The notes under the pieces: generated by a model
Seen by the model: the letters and a program-made list of their open reading frames with translations, nothing else
The model's database searches: none
Told to the model about the DNA's origin: nothing
Origin: Patescibacteria group bacterium
GTDB lineage: Bacteria; Patescibacteriota; Microgenomatia; UBA1400; PJMF01
Assembly: GCA_049322655.1 (NCBI GenBank)
Contig: JBMORP010000002.1
Coordinates: 172,915 to 236,914 of the forward strand
DNA: 64,000 bases
Direction: 5' to 3'
Part shown: positions 48,786 to 57,590 of the stretch, piece by piece
Layout: each line of letters opens with the position of its first letter
Position numbering within the stretch: the first letter of the stretch is position 1
Translations under genes and position numbers: made by a program

Positions 48786-49040
48786 TTACTCAGCAACTTG
48801 CTCTTTTTTATAGTGAGAAGTAACACCAGACTTTTTGAGCATTCTCAACATCTTGGTTGGTACTCTAAAGCGTTTTTTGACACCATCAATATTAACAGTC
48901 ACAGTGTGTAAGTTATACTTAAATCCACGCTTCTTTCTGTTTTTAGCGTGTGATACAGAGTGACCAACATGAGACACTCTTGGAAATTTAAACGAAAATC
49001 TTTTCATAGCCAGAGTGGGATTGTAACATTTATCAATCAA
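48786..49040 (-). CDS. rpmB: ribosomal protein L28 (true start may be the internal Met at 49007)
   Basis: VSHVGHSVSHAKNRKKRGFKYNLH matches the L28 core. A terminator lies downstream (48744..48772). Confidence 0.75.
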   Translation of the reverse strand: MIDKCYNPTLAMKRFSFKFPRVSHVGHSVSHAKNRKKRGFKYNLHTVTVNIDGVKKRFRVPTKMLRMLKKSGVTSHYKKEQVAE

Positions 49041-49111
49041 ATGAGCAAATAGCAGTTGGATTGGACTTTAATATAAAACTTTATTTCGTATAATAGTTAT
49101 CCATCTTAATT

Positions 49112-49729
49112 ATGTTAGAAATTTTATTTTCATCACCAATTGCCTTTATTATTATTTTTGGTGGCCTGTTGATGTCGATTACCATCCATGAGTTTGCTCA
49201 CTGCTGGGTAACTGATAAACTCGGTGACCCCACTCCTAGAGCTCGAGGCAGATTGACTTTAGATCCTAGAGCTCACTTAGAACCACTGGGGGTAATTGCT
49301 ATCCTTTTAACTAGATTTGGTTGGGGTAAACCAGCTCCTTTTGACCCTTATAATTTGAAAAATCCTGTTAAAGATGCAGCTTTGATTGCTGCTGCCGGGC
49401 CTCTATCTAACATTATCGTAGCAGTCTTACTCTCTAGTTTGCTCCAACTAGGCCTTATTCCCTTTTTATGGTTACAGTTGGCTATTTTCCAGATTATGGC
49501 TATTAATATTATGTTGGCAGTTTTCAATTTACTGCCAGTCTATCCTCTAGATGGGAGCAAGATTTTAATGGCTATTTTGCCTCAATCAACAGCCATGGAA
49601 TATGAAAACATTATGACTAGATACGGAACAATCATTCTTCTTTTCTTGATCTTACCTTTTGGTGGTGTTTCTCCAGCATCGCAACTTTTATCACCGATCA
49701 TTAACCTAATAATGGGGTTACTAATTTAA
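49112..49729 (+). CDS. M50-family (site-2 protease-like) zinc metallopeptidase
   Basis: HEFAH plus LDG motifs in a polytopic membrane protein. Confidence 0.7.
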   Translation: MLEILFSSPIAFIIIFGGLLMSITIHEFAHCWVTDKLGDPTPRARGRLTLDPRAHLEPLGVIAILLTRFGWGKPAPFDPYNLKNPVKDAALIAAAGPLSNIIVAVLLSSLLQLGLIPFLWLQLAIFQIMAINIMLAVFNLLPVYPLDGSKILMAILPQSTAMEYENIMTRYGTIILLFLILPFGGVSPASQLLSPIINLIMGLLI

Positions 49730-50491
49730 AACCGTACCAATAAAATCTTGACCAGCTTTGAGTTTCTCTAAGTTGGCCAGATCTTTACTCACTAAAATTA
49801 AAGTAATTCCATTTTCTTGAGCTAATTGAGCGGCTTTTAAATCAAAAGGAGTATTAACTCCTGGTCGATGCTCTACTGCAAATTTTTCAAGATATTCTGT
49901 TAAAGGAAGTTCTTTGATCAATTGACTTCTATCAAGTTCACCGGCTGGTGTTAAAGCAAACAATCCTGGAGTATTACTAATATTAACCACTACTTTAGCG
50001 CCGGTTTTGATGGCTGCTTCTACAGCTACATAATCAGTGCTATGACCAGGCTCTGTTCCACCTCTTACATAGATTTTACCTGACTCAAACTTAGCTTTTT
50101 TACTCTTTAGTTTTTTGCTTTTTAGTCTTTCGGCTGGAATACCATTCCTCAATAAAACAGCTAATAAAGCTGCTGAGTTAGTTTCGCTTACGCCAATCCC
50201 AATATAATCAAGTTGTCGATCATCAACATCATGCTCTCCACCGAAACTTCTTGCATCATCTACTCTAACTCTAGCCACAGCTCCACCACCCACAATGATT
50301 GCAGTGGTGTAGTCTTCTTCAGCTAAATTTCTAAGGAAATCTAACATTCCTGAGACAAAAACTCTGTCAAATTCAACTAAACTAGTTGTATCACACTCTT
50401 CTAGCTCTCCAAACAAAACACTTCCGCCAATACTAGCTGTAAATCTTTTTTCCTTGTCAAACGAAGGAATTGGTTTCTTTTTTTCTGCCAT
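49721..50491 (-). CDS. pyrH: UMP kinase, archaeal type
   Basis: IGGSVL, VVGGG, GGTEPGHSTD and further blocks align to archaeal PyrH. Start set at the MAEKKK Met, which has an upstream GAAGGAAA. Confidence 0.75.
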   Translation of the reverse strand: MAEKKKPIPSFDKEKRFTASIGGSVLFGELEECDTTSLVEFDRVFVSGMLDFLRNLAEEDYTTAIIVGGGAVARVRVDDARSFGGEHDVDDRQLDYIGIGVSETNSAALLAVLLRNGIPAERLKSKKLKSKKAKFESGKIYVRGGTEPGHSTDYVAVEAAIKTGAKVVVNISNTPGLFALTPAGELDRSQLIKELPLTEYLEKFAVEHRPGVNTPFDLKAAQLAQENGITLILVSKDLANLEKLKAGQDFIGTVLN

Positions 50492-50605
50492 ATCCATTTT
50501 TCCTTCTGAGTATTTTAATCCTAAAAACCAAAAAAAACAGAGAGATTTATTACAACTCAATAAATTATTTTAATTCATCGATAAATAGTAGTAAAAAAAA
50601 TATCT

Positions 50606-51313
50606 TTGCTGGTTGGTGTGAAAATCTGTGTTTTTACTGAACAAAAACTTAGTAACTATTACTGGCAAAAATTAAACAAAAAATTTAACTGTCAATTTTT
50701 TAGCTTTAATCACTGTGCTTTTAAATATCTCAAAAATAACAATTTCAACTGTGATTTGACTATTATCAAAGTAAACAAATCATCTTTATATTTAAAAAAA
50801 TGCCTAACAAGTTTAAAAATGAAACAGATTAATTTGCCGATTTTCCTTCATCTCAAAAAAAGCCACTCATCAGAAAGAGCTAACTATCTAAAAATGGGAA
50901 TTAAAGATTGTTTTTCTGGTCAAGTTTGTTTTGAAGAGCTTTTGATTAGAATTAAACTTTTTTCCGAAAATAAGGCAAACTTATTTGAACTTCATGACAC
51001 TTTTTTTTGGCAAGATTTTCATTTTTGTTTTAAATCAAAAATAGCTACATATAAAGAAAAAGAAATAAAATTGAACAAAAAAGAATTACTATTACTGACA
51101 GAGTTATTAAAAAAATCAAATCGGGTCGTACCCAGAAATGTTCTTTACGAAAAAATTTGGCAAAATGGTCAGCTACCAAAATCAAACTCTCTAGAAACTT
51201 ATATCTGTAGTTTGAGAAAAAAATTAAACAAAAAATGTGGCTTTCAATTAATAAAAACCGTTTGTGGTATTGGTTACAGAATCAAAATCCCTCCCAAAAA
51301 GGCCTCCCATTAA
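50606..51313 (+). CDS. atypical orphan OmpR/PhoB-family response regulator (receiver lacks phospho-acceptor Asp)
   Basis: C-terminal winged helix LTELLKKSNRVVPRNVLYEKIW...SLRKKL...IKTVCGIGYRI. The receiver-like N-terminus has no DD pair or D57 equivalent. The gene is markedly AT-rich. Confidence 0.6.
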   Translation: MLVGVKICVFTEQKLSNYYWQKLNKKFNCQFFSFNHCAFKYLKNNNFNCDLTIIKVNKSSLYLKKCLTSLKMKQINLPIFLHLKKSHSSERANYLKMGIKDCFSGQVCFEELLIRIKLFSENKANLFELHDTFFWQDFHFCFKSKIATYKEKEIKLNKKELLLLTELLKKSNRVVPRNVLYEKIWQNGQLPKSNSLETYICSLRKKLNKKCGFQLIKTVCGIGYRIKIPPKKASH

Positions 51314-51329
51314 TAAGGAGGCCTTTTAT
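51301..51329. terminator. rho-independent terminator overlapping the regulator stop codon
   Basis: ggcctcc-cattaataa-ggaggcc followed by TTTTAT. Confidence 0.5.
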
Positions 51330-51350
51330 AAAATCAACTAAAAACTTATT

Positions 51351-52646
51351 TTACTGCTGAAGCAACTGCATAAAATTCATGGGCATATTACTGCCTGGTA
51401 CACTGCCAGCTGGTAAAGTTTGAGGCGGATAAGTTGGTAACTCTACTCCACCATTGTTAACTGGATAAGTTCCTTGATTCATTCTAGGCTGAGTTTGTTG
51501 TTGCATCATCATATATTGGTACATCAATGGAGCCATTTCAGACTCAATGTAAGTTAAGACCTGATCCCACTCAACCACTGGGTATGGGGCTACCACTTTA
51601 GCTGCGGAACCGTAATCATCAAAAGTAATCGTCATAAACTTAACAGATTCACCTTCTTTAACCCCTTTGTCTGGTTGAAAATAACTGGTCAGTTGGGAAA
51701 GCTGAGCCATTAACGGAGATTTAGCCTGAGATTCTTGTTCAATAACCTCTTGGAATGATTCACTAGTACCTTGAGGAGCATATAAATCCACCATGCGGAG
51801 GTAACCATCCATATCTAGATAAACAACCGCCAAGGTCTCTTTTAACTCTCCCATGTCTTCAATAGCTTTTTTAAAGTTATTAATATCAGAGACCTCAGTA
51901 CTAAGATCCAAATTCTTTAACTCGTCGATTGCCTCCAAAAGCTTCTCTTTTTCCACTCCAAGAGAAATGACATTGTATTTTTCACCACTCACTTGAACTT
52001 TTTTTTGAAAGTCTTTAATGACTAGAGCAGCTGCCAGTTTCTCACCAAATTTTTCATATTCTGCTGCATATTCTTCTGGATCTGTAGTAACTTGATCTTC
52101 TGCTGGCACCAACATATGCAACCATGATTTTCCGGTGATAACAGGCTTTAGTAAAGCATAAGTCTGGGTAGAACTAATTCCAGGAACCATTAAATCAGCC
52201 TGGGAGAGTATAGCTTCCATCAACGAATAATTCATTTGAAAATAAACATCATCTATGTCAACGATAAAATTTAAGTCAAATTCATGCCAAACTCCTTCTT
52301 CTTCAAGACCAATTTTAAAATCCATTTGTGAAAAATCCTCTTCATGAGCAATCATCATTCCAGAAACAGTTACTCCTTCTGCTTCTGCTTCAAAACCTAG
52401 CTTAATTGAATCAACATCCATTTTTTCAAAGGCTTCTTTGATCATTCTCTCTGGAGGCATGAAATAGTTAGCATAAACCCAATAGCCAGCAAAAGCCAAG
52501 AGAACTACCCCCAAAACTCCACCAAGAACACGTTTGAGATTTTTGAATTTACTAAACAAAGGATTGCCTTGAGAAATTTCCTGATTTAAATCATCAGGCA
52601 CCGGAGGTGGGGTCATGTTCATGGCTGGGGTTTGGCTTTCAGACAT
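51351..52646 (-). CDS. membrane-anchored protein of unknown function
   Basis: Single N-terminal TM segment with a Gln/Met/Pro-rich C-terminus. Intact ORF. Confidence 0.5.
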   Translation of the reverse strand: MSESQTPAMNMTPPPVPDDLNQEISQGNPLFSKFKNLKRVLGGVLGVVLLAFAGYWVYANYFMPPERMIKEAFEKMDVDSIKLGFEAEAEGVTVSGMMIAHEEDFSQMDFKIGLEEEGVWHEFDLNFIVDIDDVYFQMNYSLMEAILSQADLMVPGISSTQTYALLKPVITGKSWLHMLVPAEDQVTTDPEEYAAEYEKFGEKLAAALVIKDFQKKVQVSGEKYNVISLGVEKEKLLEAIDELKNLDLSTEVSDINNFKKAIEDMGELKETLAVVYLDMDGYLRMVDLYAPQGTSESFQEVIEQESQAKSPLMAQLSQLTSYFQPDKGVKEGESVKFMTITFDDYGSAAKVVAPYPVVEWDQVLTYIESEMAPLMYQYMMMQQQTQPRMNQGTYPVNNGGVELPTYPPQTLPAGSVPGSNMPMNFMQLLQQ

Positions 52647-52712
52647 TGAAAATATCCATTCTGTATAAACAAAATACTGACAATAAATATAACAGAATCT
52701 AGGAAATTAATA

Positions 52713-53414
52713 CTACTCTGGTTTTACAACTAGATATTTTCTCATTTCAGCCAGGTGTTTGATCACTATATGGTTGTTCATAATTCCCTCTAACTCTGGA
52801 TCAACTAAAAAAGTTAAAAAACCAAGCTCTGCTGCAACATCAGCTTCCCGCCAGTTATTATCAACATAGATAGTCTCTTGTGGATTAATTGCTAGCCGTT
52901 CAGCCATTTCTTCATAGGCAGCCCGCTGTGGTTTTCTAGCTTTTTTCATCTTGTCTCCAGAAAGAATATTGTTCTCTAATTCATGGGCCAATTCACCAAC
53001 AACTGCTTCCAAAGCCTTAAAAACTCTATCCATGGCGGACGAAGAAAATAAATAAACAGGTACATGCTGCATTAGTTCCTGAATAAAATCAGCTAGCTGT
53101 TGGTCAAATTGCAAATATTCAGCTAAATTTACATCATTAATAATGGCATCAAACTCTTCATCATTTCCTCCATATTTTTTAAAAGTAACTCGCCAACCAT
53201 TAACCAAAGCCTCATCAACAAAATCTTGTAATCTTCGACCAAAAACCATGCCATTAACACTGGTTTTACCTTCTGCCTCAAAGGTTTTTTGTACCAATCT
53301 TAATCTGGCATCTTTCCAAACTTTCTTTTGAAATTCTTTATTGGGAACGTAAAAAGTACCGTTAAAATCAAAAACTGCCGCCGAAATGGTTTTTCCATCA
53401 ATCTCAATCGACAT
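52713..53414 (-). CDS. HAD-superfamily hydrolase-like protein with non-canonical motif I (DFNGT)
   Basis: DFNGT, LFSSS, K...P and VDNN blocks in HAD order. Confidence 0.55.
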   Translation of the reverse strand: MSIEIDGKTISAAVFDFNGTFYVPNKEFQKKVWKDARLRLVQKTFEAEGKTSVNGMVFGRRLQDFVDEALVNGWRVTFKKYGGNDEEFDAIINDVNLAEYLQFDQQLADFIQELMQHVPVYLFSSSAMDRVFKALEAVVGELAHELENNILSGDKMKKARKPQRAAYEEMAERLAINPQETIYVDNNWREADVAAELGFLTFLVDPELEGIMNNHIVIKHLAEMRKYLVVKPE

Positions 53415-53467
53415 TCAGAGAAATTATATATACAAAAAAGTAAATTTCTATATCAAAATAAAAAAAT

Positions 53468-53641
53468 TTAGTTTTCACCAGTTACTGGTTCGTCGGCCTC
53501 ACCTTTGTAAAGCAAATAAGCCGTAATAACTTCTGGTTTCAAAACTTTTAACCAATATTGTCGCCAATTCTCCCCTAAAATCGGTCTCGTTGAGTCGATG
53601 GCTGTAAAAACAGCCGTTCTATCTGGTTTGGTTTCTGCCAT
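53468..53641 (-). CDS. small protein (57 aa), not in the ORF track
   Basis: ATG preceded by AAAGGAGG with 6-nt spacing. Translates to MAETKPDRTAVFTAIDSTRPILGENWRQYWLKVLKPEVITAYLLYKGEADEPVTGEN. Confidence 0.45.
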   Translation of the reverse strand: MAETKPDRTAVFTAIDSTRPILGENWRQYWLKVLKPEVITAYLLYKGEADEPVTGEN

Positions 53642-53694
53642 AACAAACCTCCTTTAAAAGAATATTATAGCAAGGCTGAAATTTTTTGTATTTG

Positions 53695-53766
53695 CAGGGC
53701 CACGAGGACTTGAACCCCGGCGAAAGGTTTTGGAGACCTTCATGCTACCAACTACATCATGGCCCT
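53695..53766 (-). tRNA. tRNA-Trp (anticodon CCA)
   Basis: Cloverleaf with AGGGCCA acceptor stem, anticodon loop CTCCAAA and TTCAAGT T-loop. Confidence 0.85.
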
Positions 53767-53829
53767 AACTAAGTAGAGCCTTATTATAACTGAAAATCAC
53801 TAAGATTAAGGAGAAATTTACTCTCACTC

Positions 53830-55254
53830 TTGCCTCAAAACCAAAAAACATCTAGGCTAATATATATGCCCATGCTGAATAGTTCTCTCAGAAAAACCAA
53901 GAAATTAGATAGAAAATATTTAGCCAAAACTAAATTTCCTTTCATTACTGTTTCTGGAACTTATCGTGAAGACCTTAAAGGCCTTCACCAACTTAAAGAA
54001 AATGATCTTACTAGAGATATTGTCCTCTCCAGAGCCCATTACTCAATGACCATTGGTGTAGCAGTAGAGGCCTGGAAGAACAAACTAGACCCTCATCAGG
54101 CTTGGATTGTTGATCCTACAAATTATGTGACCAACCAAAACTGGAAAACTATTATTATTACTGAAACAATCGGTAAAATCTTGGCTCGCTTTCCTTTGCT
54201 AAAAAAACTTAAAGACTTTGTCGATAAATTCGGTCGCCAAAAACTACCTATTTTGGAAAGCATTAGACAACCATTAATCACTTTGACTAAAGATATTAAT
54301 AAGCCGATTCTGTCTTTCCACATTGCTGCTGGAAATATTCTTTTAGATAAAGGAAAAACTGTTTTTCAAATGATTACCGACCCTCACGTCAGAGAAGACT
54401 ACCTGGCTAATTGTGATAAAGAACATGCTTTCTATGGAGTTTTTGACGAAAAAACTAAACAAGAATTCCTGGAAAAAGCCGAAAAACTAGGTAAAACAGC
54501 CAATCCTAAAAGAGTGATTGTCACTGGTCCTCCAATTGATCCCAGAGTAATTGAGTCCAGAAACCACAAATCTCCCTGGAATAACAAAAAGCCACTTAGA
54601 ATTTGTCTAACTACTGGTGGTTTAGGTACTAATAAGCCAGAAATCAAACAAATCTTGACACAACTTTTACCAGAATTGAAAAAAGATCAACCTAGATTTG
54701 AATTGGTAGTTTATGCAGGCACTCAAGCAGATATCAAAAACATGGTTATTGATCTAGCCAGGAGAGAAGAAGTTAATTATGCAGAAATCAATCCTGTCGA
54801 TCCGGCTCAGTTTGAGATAGGTAAGAAAGTCGCTCTAAAACCAGAATTATATAAACATTTTACTCAACCACTGAGAATCCTTTATCATCCGCAAATAATT
54901 GATGCTAACGAACTACTCATTGCGTACGGTTTCCCTTGGGCAGATCTATTTATTAGTAAACCTTCTGGAGATATGGCTTATGATGCTGTGGCTAGTGGAG
55001 CTGCGTTGCTAACTTTGGCTGAGTGGGGTGAATGGGAACACAATATTAAAGTTAAGTTTCAAGGTCATGAAGTAGCACAAGAAGCAAATGTTGAACAGAT
55101 TGTTAAACAACTGGAAAAAATTACTCACGCCACTCCAACAAAATCAGCCTGGATTCAACACGCTCAACATTTGGCTAGAACGATTGAAAAACATGACCAA
55201 TACTTTATGGTTGGTGCCAAAAATATCTTAAAAACAGCCGCAAAACTAAAATAA
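53830..55254 (+). CDS. GT28-like glycosyltransferase (MGDG synthase/UgtP-like), start uncertain (TTG 53830 or ATG 53866)
   Basis: C-terminal LFISKPSGDMAYDAVASGAALLTL matches the UgtP/MGD ITKPGG...EALA motif. Confidence 0.65.
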   Translation: MPQNQKTSRLIYMPMLNSSLRKTKKLDRKYLAKTKFPFITVSGTYREDLKGLHQLKENDLTRDIVLSRAHYSMTIGVAVEAWKNKLDPHQAWIVDPTNYVTNQNWKTIIITETIGKILARFPLLKKLKDFVDKFGRQKLPILESIRQPLITLTKDINKPILSFHIAAGNILLDKGKTVFQMITDPHVREDYLANCDKEHAFYGVFDEKTKQEFLEKAEKLGKTANPKRVIVTGPPIDPRVIESRNHKSPWNNKKPLRICLTTGGLGTNKPEIKQILTQLLPELKKDQPRFELVVYAGTQADIKNMVIDLARREEVNYAEINPVDPAQFEIGKKVALKPELYKHFTQPLRILYHPQIIDANELLIAYGFPWADLFISKPSGDMAYDAVASGAALLTLAEWGEWEHNIKVKFQGHEVAQEANVEQIVKQLEKITHATPTKSAWIQHAQHLARTIEKHDQYFMVGAKNILKTAAKLK

Positions 55255-55305
55255 AACTAAAAACCCCGCCATTTGGCGGGGTTTAGATTAACAATTTAAC
55301 AACTC

Positions 55306-55509
55306 TTATTTGAGTTTTTTCATCATTTTGTGTTCAGTATGTTTTCTACATACATTACAGTATTTATTGATAGGAAATGTTCCTTGACCTTCTGATTGCT
55401 TCTTTAAAATGTCATTGTTTTTATTGTATTCGGTCACATAACCAAAGTGTTTACACACGGTACATTGCAAACCTGCAATCTGTCTTGGTCCTTTTTTCTT
55501 TTTTGCCAT
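55306..55509 (-). CDS. rpmG: ribosomal protein L33
   Basis: MAKKKKG N-terminus with CxxC...CxxC zinc ribbon. Confidence 0.85.
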   Translation of the reverse strand: MAKKKKGPRQIAGLQCTVCKHFGYVTEYNKNNDILKKQSEGQGTFPINKYCNVCRKHTEHKMMKKLK

Positions 55510-55559
55510 ATATCTCCTCTGAATTTGCTAGGCAGGTATTATATCACAACCTAATTCTG

Positions 55560-55632
55560 AGCCAACTGTGGGACTCGAACCCACGACCTACGGTTTACAA
55601 AACCGTTGCTCTACCAACTGAGCTAAGTTGGC
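55560..55632 (-). tRNA. tRNA-Thr (anticodon UGU)
   Basis: GCCAACT acceptor stem, anticodon loop TTTGTAA and GGTTCGAGTCC T-arm. Confidence 0.85.
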
Positions 55633-55659
55633 GGTAGAGTCGGCTCTAATGAGAGCCAA

Positions 55660-55684
55660 TCATGTGCCAAGGGAAGGATTCACT
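55660..55684 (-). repeat. direct repeat of the last about 20 nt of tRNA-Tyr (atgtgccaagggaaggattc); att-like scar
   Basis: The 20-mer is identical at 55663..55682 and 55796..55815. Confidence 0.5.
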
Positions 55685-55765
55685 GACTCAGGCTCGTTCT
55701 ATACTTTAAAAATATAGGGCTCGCTTGAGGCAGTATAAACTTCTCATCCCACCTTTATATTATTT

Positions 55766-55793
55766 TAAAAATCACCAATGGTGATTTTTAAAA
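55766..55793 (-). terminator. hairpin plus T-run immediately 3' of tRNA-Tyr
   Basis: aaaaatcacc-aat-ggtgattttt 10-bp stem followed by TTTTTAATAAT on the minus strand. Confidence 0.4.
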
Positions 55794-55798
55794 CAATG

Positions 55799-55881
55799 TG
55801 CCAAGGGAAGGATTCGAACCTACGAAGGCGAAAGCCAGCAGTTTTACAGACTGCCCTGTTTGACCACTTCAGTACCTTGGC
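55799..55881 (-). tRNA. tRNA-Tyr (anticodon GUA), class II with long variable arm
   Basis: GCCAAGG acceptor stem, anticodon loop CTGTAAA and GGCTTTCGCC variable arm. One mismatch in the T-stem. Confidence 0.75.
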
Positions 55882-55895
55882 ATAACTAATTCTTG

Positions 55896-55968
55896 AGCCT
55901 TTGTCGGGGTTCGAACCCGAGACCTCAGTCTTACCAAGACTGCGCTCTGCCACCTGAGCTACAAAGGC
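55896..55968 (-). tRNA. tRNA-Thr (anticodon GGU)
   Basis: GCCTTTG acceptor stem, anticodon loop TTGGTAA and GGGTTCGAACCCC T-arm. Confidence 0.85.
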
Positions 55969-56082
55969 ATTTCAATCTCTATATTGTACCTCAAAAAAAG
56001 ACCCACAGAGATCTGTATATTATATGAATAAATAGGAAACGAACAAGTAATAACTTAAAACTCTTTATAAATAAGTTTTTTG

Positions 56083-56241
56083 CCTTAACAACCCAGCGCG
56101 AGGGGGAGAACAGTTTTCCCCGGTAAAACCAAGGTGGGCAGAGTGACTGAAACTCCACGAAGCCCCAATACGCCTCATAAGCCCTTAAACAAGCTGTTGA
56201 GAAATTTTTTGGTTCTCTCCCCTCCCGCAGGATTGTTAAGG
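56083..56241. ncRNA. GC-rich structured element (candidate small ncRNA or MITE-like inverted-repeat element); strand unknown
   Basis: An imperfect helix of about 25 bp (ccttaacaa..gagggggagaac pairing with gttctctcccctc..ttgttaagg) encloses roughly 100 nt of GC-rich sequence with internal hairpins, in an otherwise AT-rich spacer. Confidence 0.35.
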
Positions 56242-56360
56242 TTCTACTAATAAAGATACTACAAAATAGTGACAACAACAAGTTCAATTCCAGAGGTAGA
56301 AACAAAAAAACCCACCCCAACCGATTATATCTTCGGGGTGGCTAAATTGCTGTATTTATT

Positions 56361-57278
56361 CTAACTTTTATCTGTTAGTTCTTGCAACCATCCTACTACC
56401 TTGGGACCATAGTCTTCATAATCAAGCACATATTTTAAATGTGCTTTAAAGTAATTTTCTGGGTCACCAGTAGTCATCCATTTGGTTGAGTTTTTAGCTA
56501 CTAAAACCTTCCCACCATCCTTGTTCAAATGACCAATTGCGTCTGCAGTCCAAAGTTCTCCATCTTTACCAGTATTACCTGCATCTAAATATTTAAAGAT
56601 TTTAGGAGTGAGTAAATACCGTCCATATGAGGCTAAAGTTGTTGGTGCTTCTTCTGCTTTTGGCTTTTCAACAATTCCAACCAATATATTTTCTTGATTT
56701 TCTCGATACTCATTATCTTTCAATGAAACAGCCGCATACTTACTGATTTGATCTCTTGGTAAATCCTCAACCATAATAACTGCATCAGCACTAGAGTATT
56801 TCTCATAAGTATCAACTAGCGTTCTAGCTGATCCTGGTTTACCAAACACCACATCATCACTGTACAAAGCAAGAAAAGCCTCTTCACCTTCAACAAAAGC
56901 TCTGGCTGAAGCAATTGGTGAACCGTTACCGTAAGGTAAGCTTGGGTCTTGAGTAATTACGATGATTTTAGGAAAATCTAAAACTTCCTGGACAGAAGCA
57001 TAACGATCTTCTTTTCCCTGAGCTGAAAGTTGTTTTCTGATACGATTAACATTGTTGTTGAAGTAATCTTCATAAATTGGCTTACCCTCTGGAGTAGCCA
57101 CAATAATGATTTCTTCAATCCCAGCCTCTACACATTCCTCAATTACAATCTGCATGATGGGTCTATTACCCAAAGGAAGCATCGCTTTAGGTACTGTTTT
57201 GGTAATGGGCAAATACCTGCTAGCAAAACCAGCGTCGGTAATGATTGCTTTACGCACTTTTTTGTTTGCTGAAAGCAT
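56361..57278 (-). CDS. galU: UTP--glucose-1-phosphate uridylyltransferase
   Basis: The N-terminal A(I)ITDAGFASRYLPITK matches the G(A)GxGTR(F)LP nucleotidyltransferase motif. Confidence 0.85.
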   Translation of the reverse strand: MLSANKKVRKAIITDAGFASRYLPITKTVPKAMLPLGNRPIMQIVIEECVEAGIEEIIIVATPEGKPIYEDYFNNNVNRIRKQLSAQGKEDRYASVQEVLDFPKIIVITQDPSLPYGNGSPIASARAFVEGEEAFLALYSDDVVFGKPGSARTLVDTYEKYSSADAVIMVEDLPRDQISKYAAVSLKDNEYRENQENILVGIVEKPKAEEAPTTLASYGRYLLTPKIFKYLDAGNTGKDGELWTADAIGHLNKDGGKVLVAKNSTKWMTTGDPENYFKAHLKYVLDYEDYGPKVVGWLQELTDKS

Positions 57279-57572
57279 TGTTTGTCCTTATTATTTCTTA
57301 TTACTAATCTTCTCTACCAGAAGAAAAACTCTTTCTTAATGAAAGAGGTAGTGACAGTATACTACATCATCAAAAATCTTTCCTTTTTTCTTAAAAAACA
57401 AGTAAAATACAAAGCCATATCAATAAAAAATCCATAAATACTCGAGCCATTTATAGATTCAAATTTATATATCTAAATGGTTGGCAAAGGTATGGCGGCG
57501 AATCTCTTAATAACCAGTTATTTCCAAAATAAGAAAATATTTAAAATTCCCTCTGAAAAAAAAGCTGTTTTC

Positions 57573-57581
57573 TGATAGAAT
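57573..57581 (+). promoter_or_regulatory. extended -10 TGATAGAAT about 10 nt before the secE ATG (leaderless mRNA)
   Basis: TGnTAnAAT ends 9 nt before the ATG at 57591. No SD is present. Confidence 0.35.
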
Positions 57582-57590
57582 GTTCTGTCT

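Noticed and set aside
55377-55953. ORFs 55377..55637(+) and 55765..55953(-)
   Set aside because: They overlap rpmG and three tRNA genes, so they are spurious.
56083-56241. SRP RNA, RNase P RNA or tmRNA identity for the GC-rich element
   Set aside because: It is too short for RNase P or tmRNA. I could not find the SRP helix-8 GGAA / AGCAGCC motifs.
55991-56320. 109-aa minus-strand ORF
   Set aside because: It spans the GC-rich inverted-repeat element. Its Leu/Phe-rich odd composition and long-helix RNA-like structure favour non-coding.
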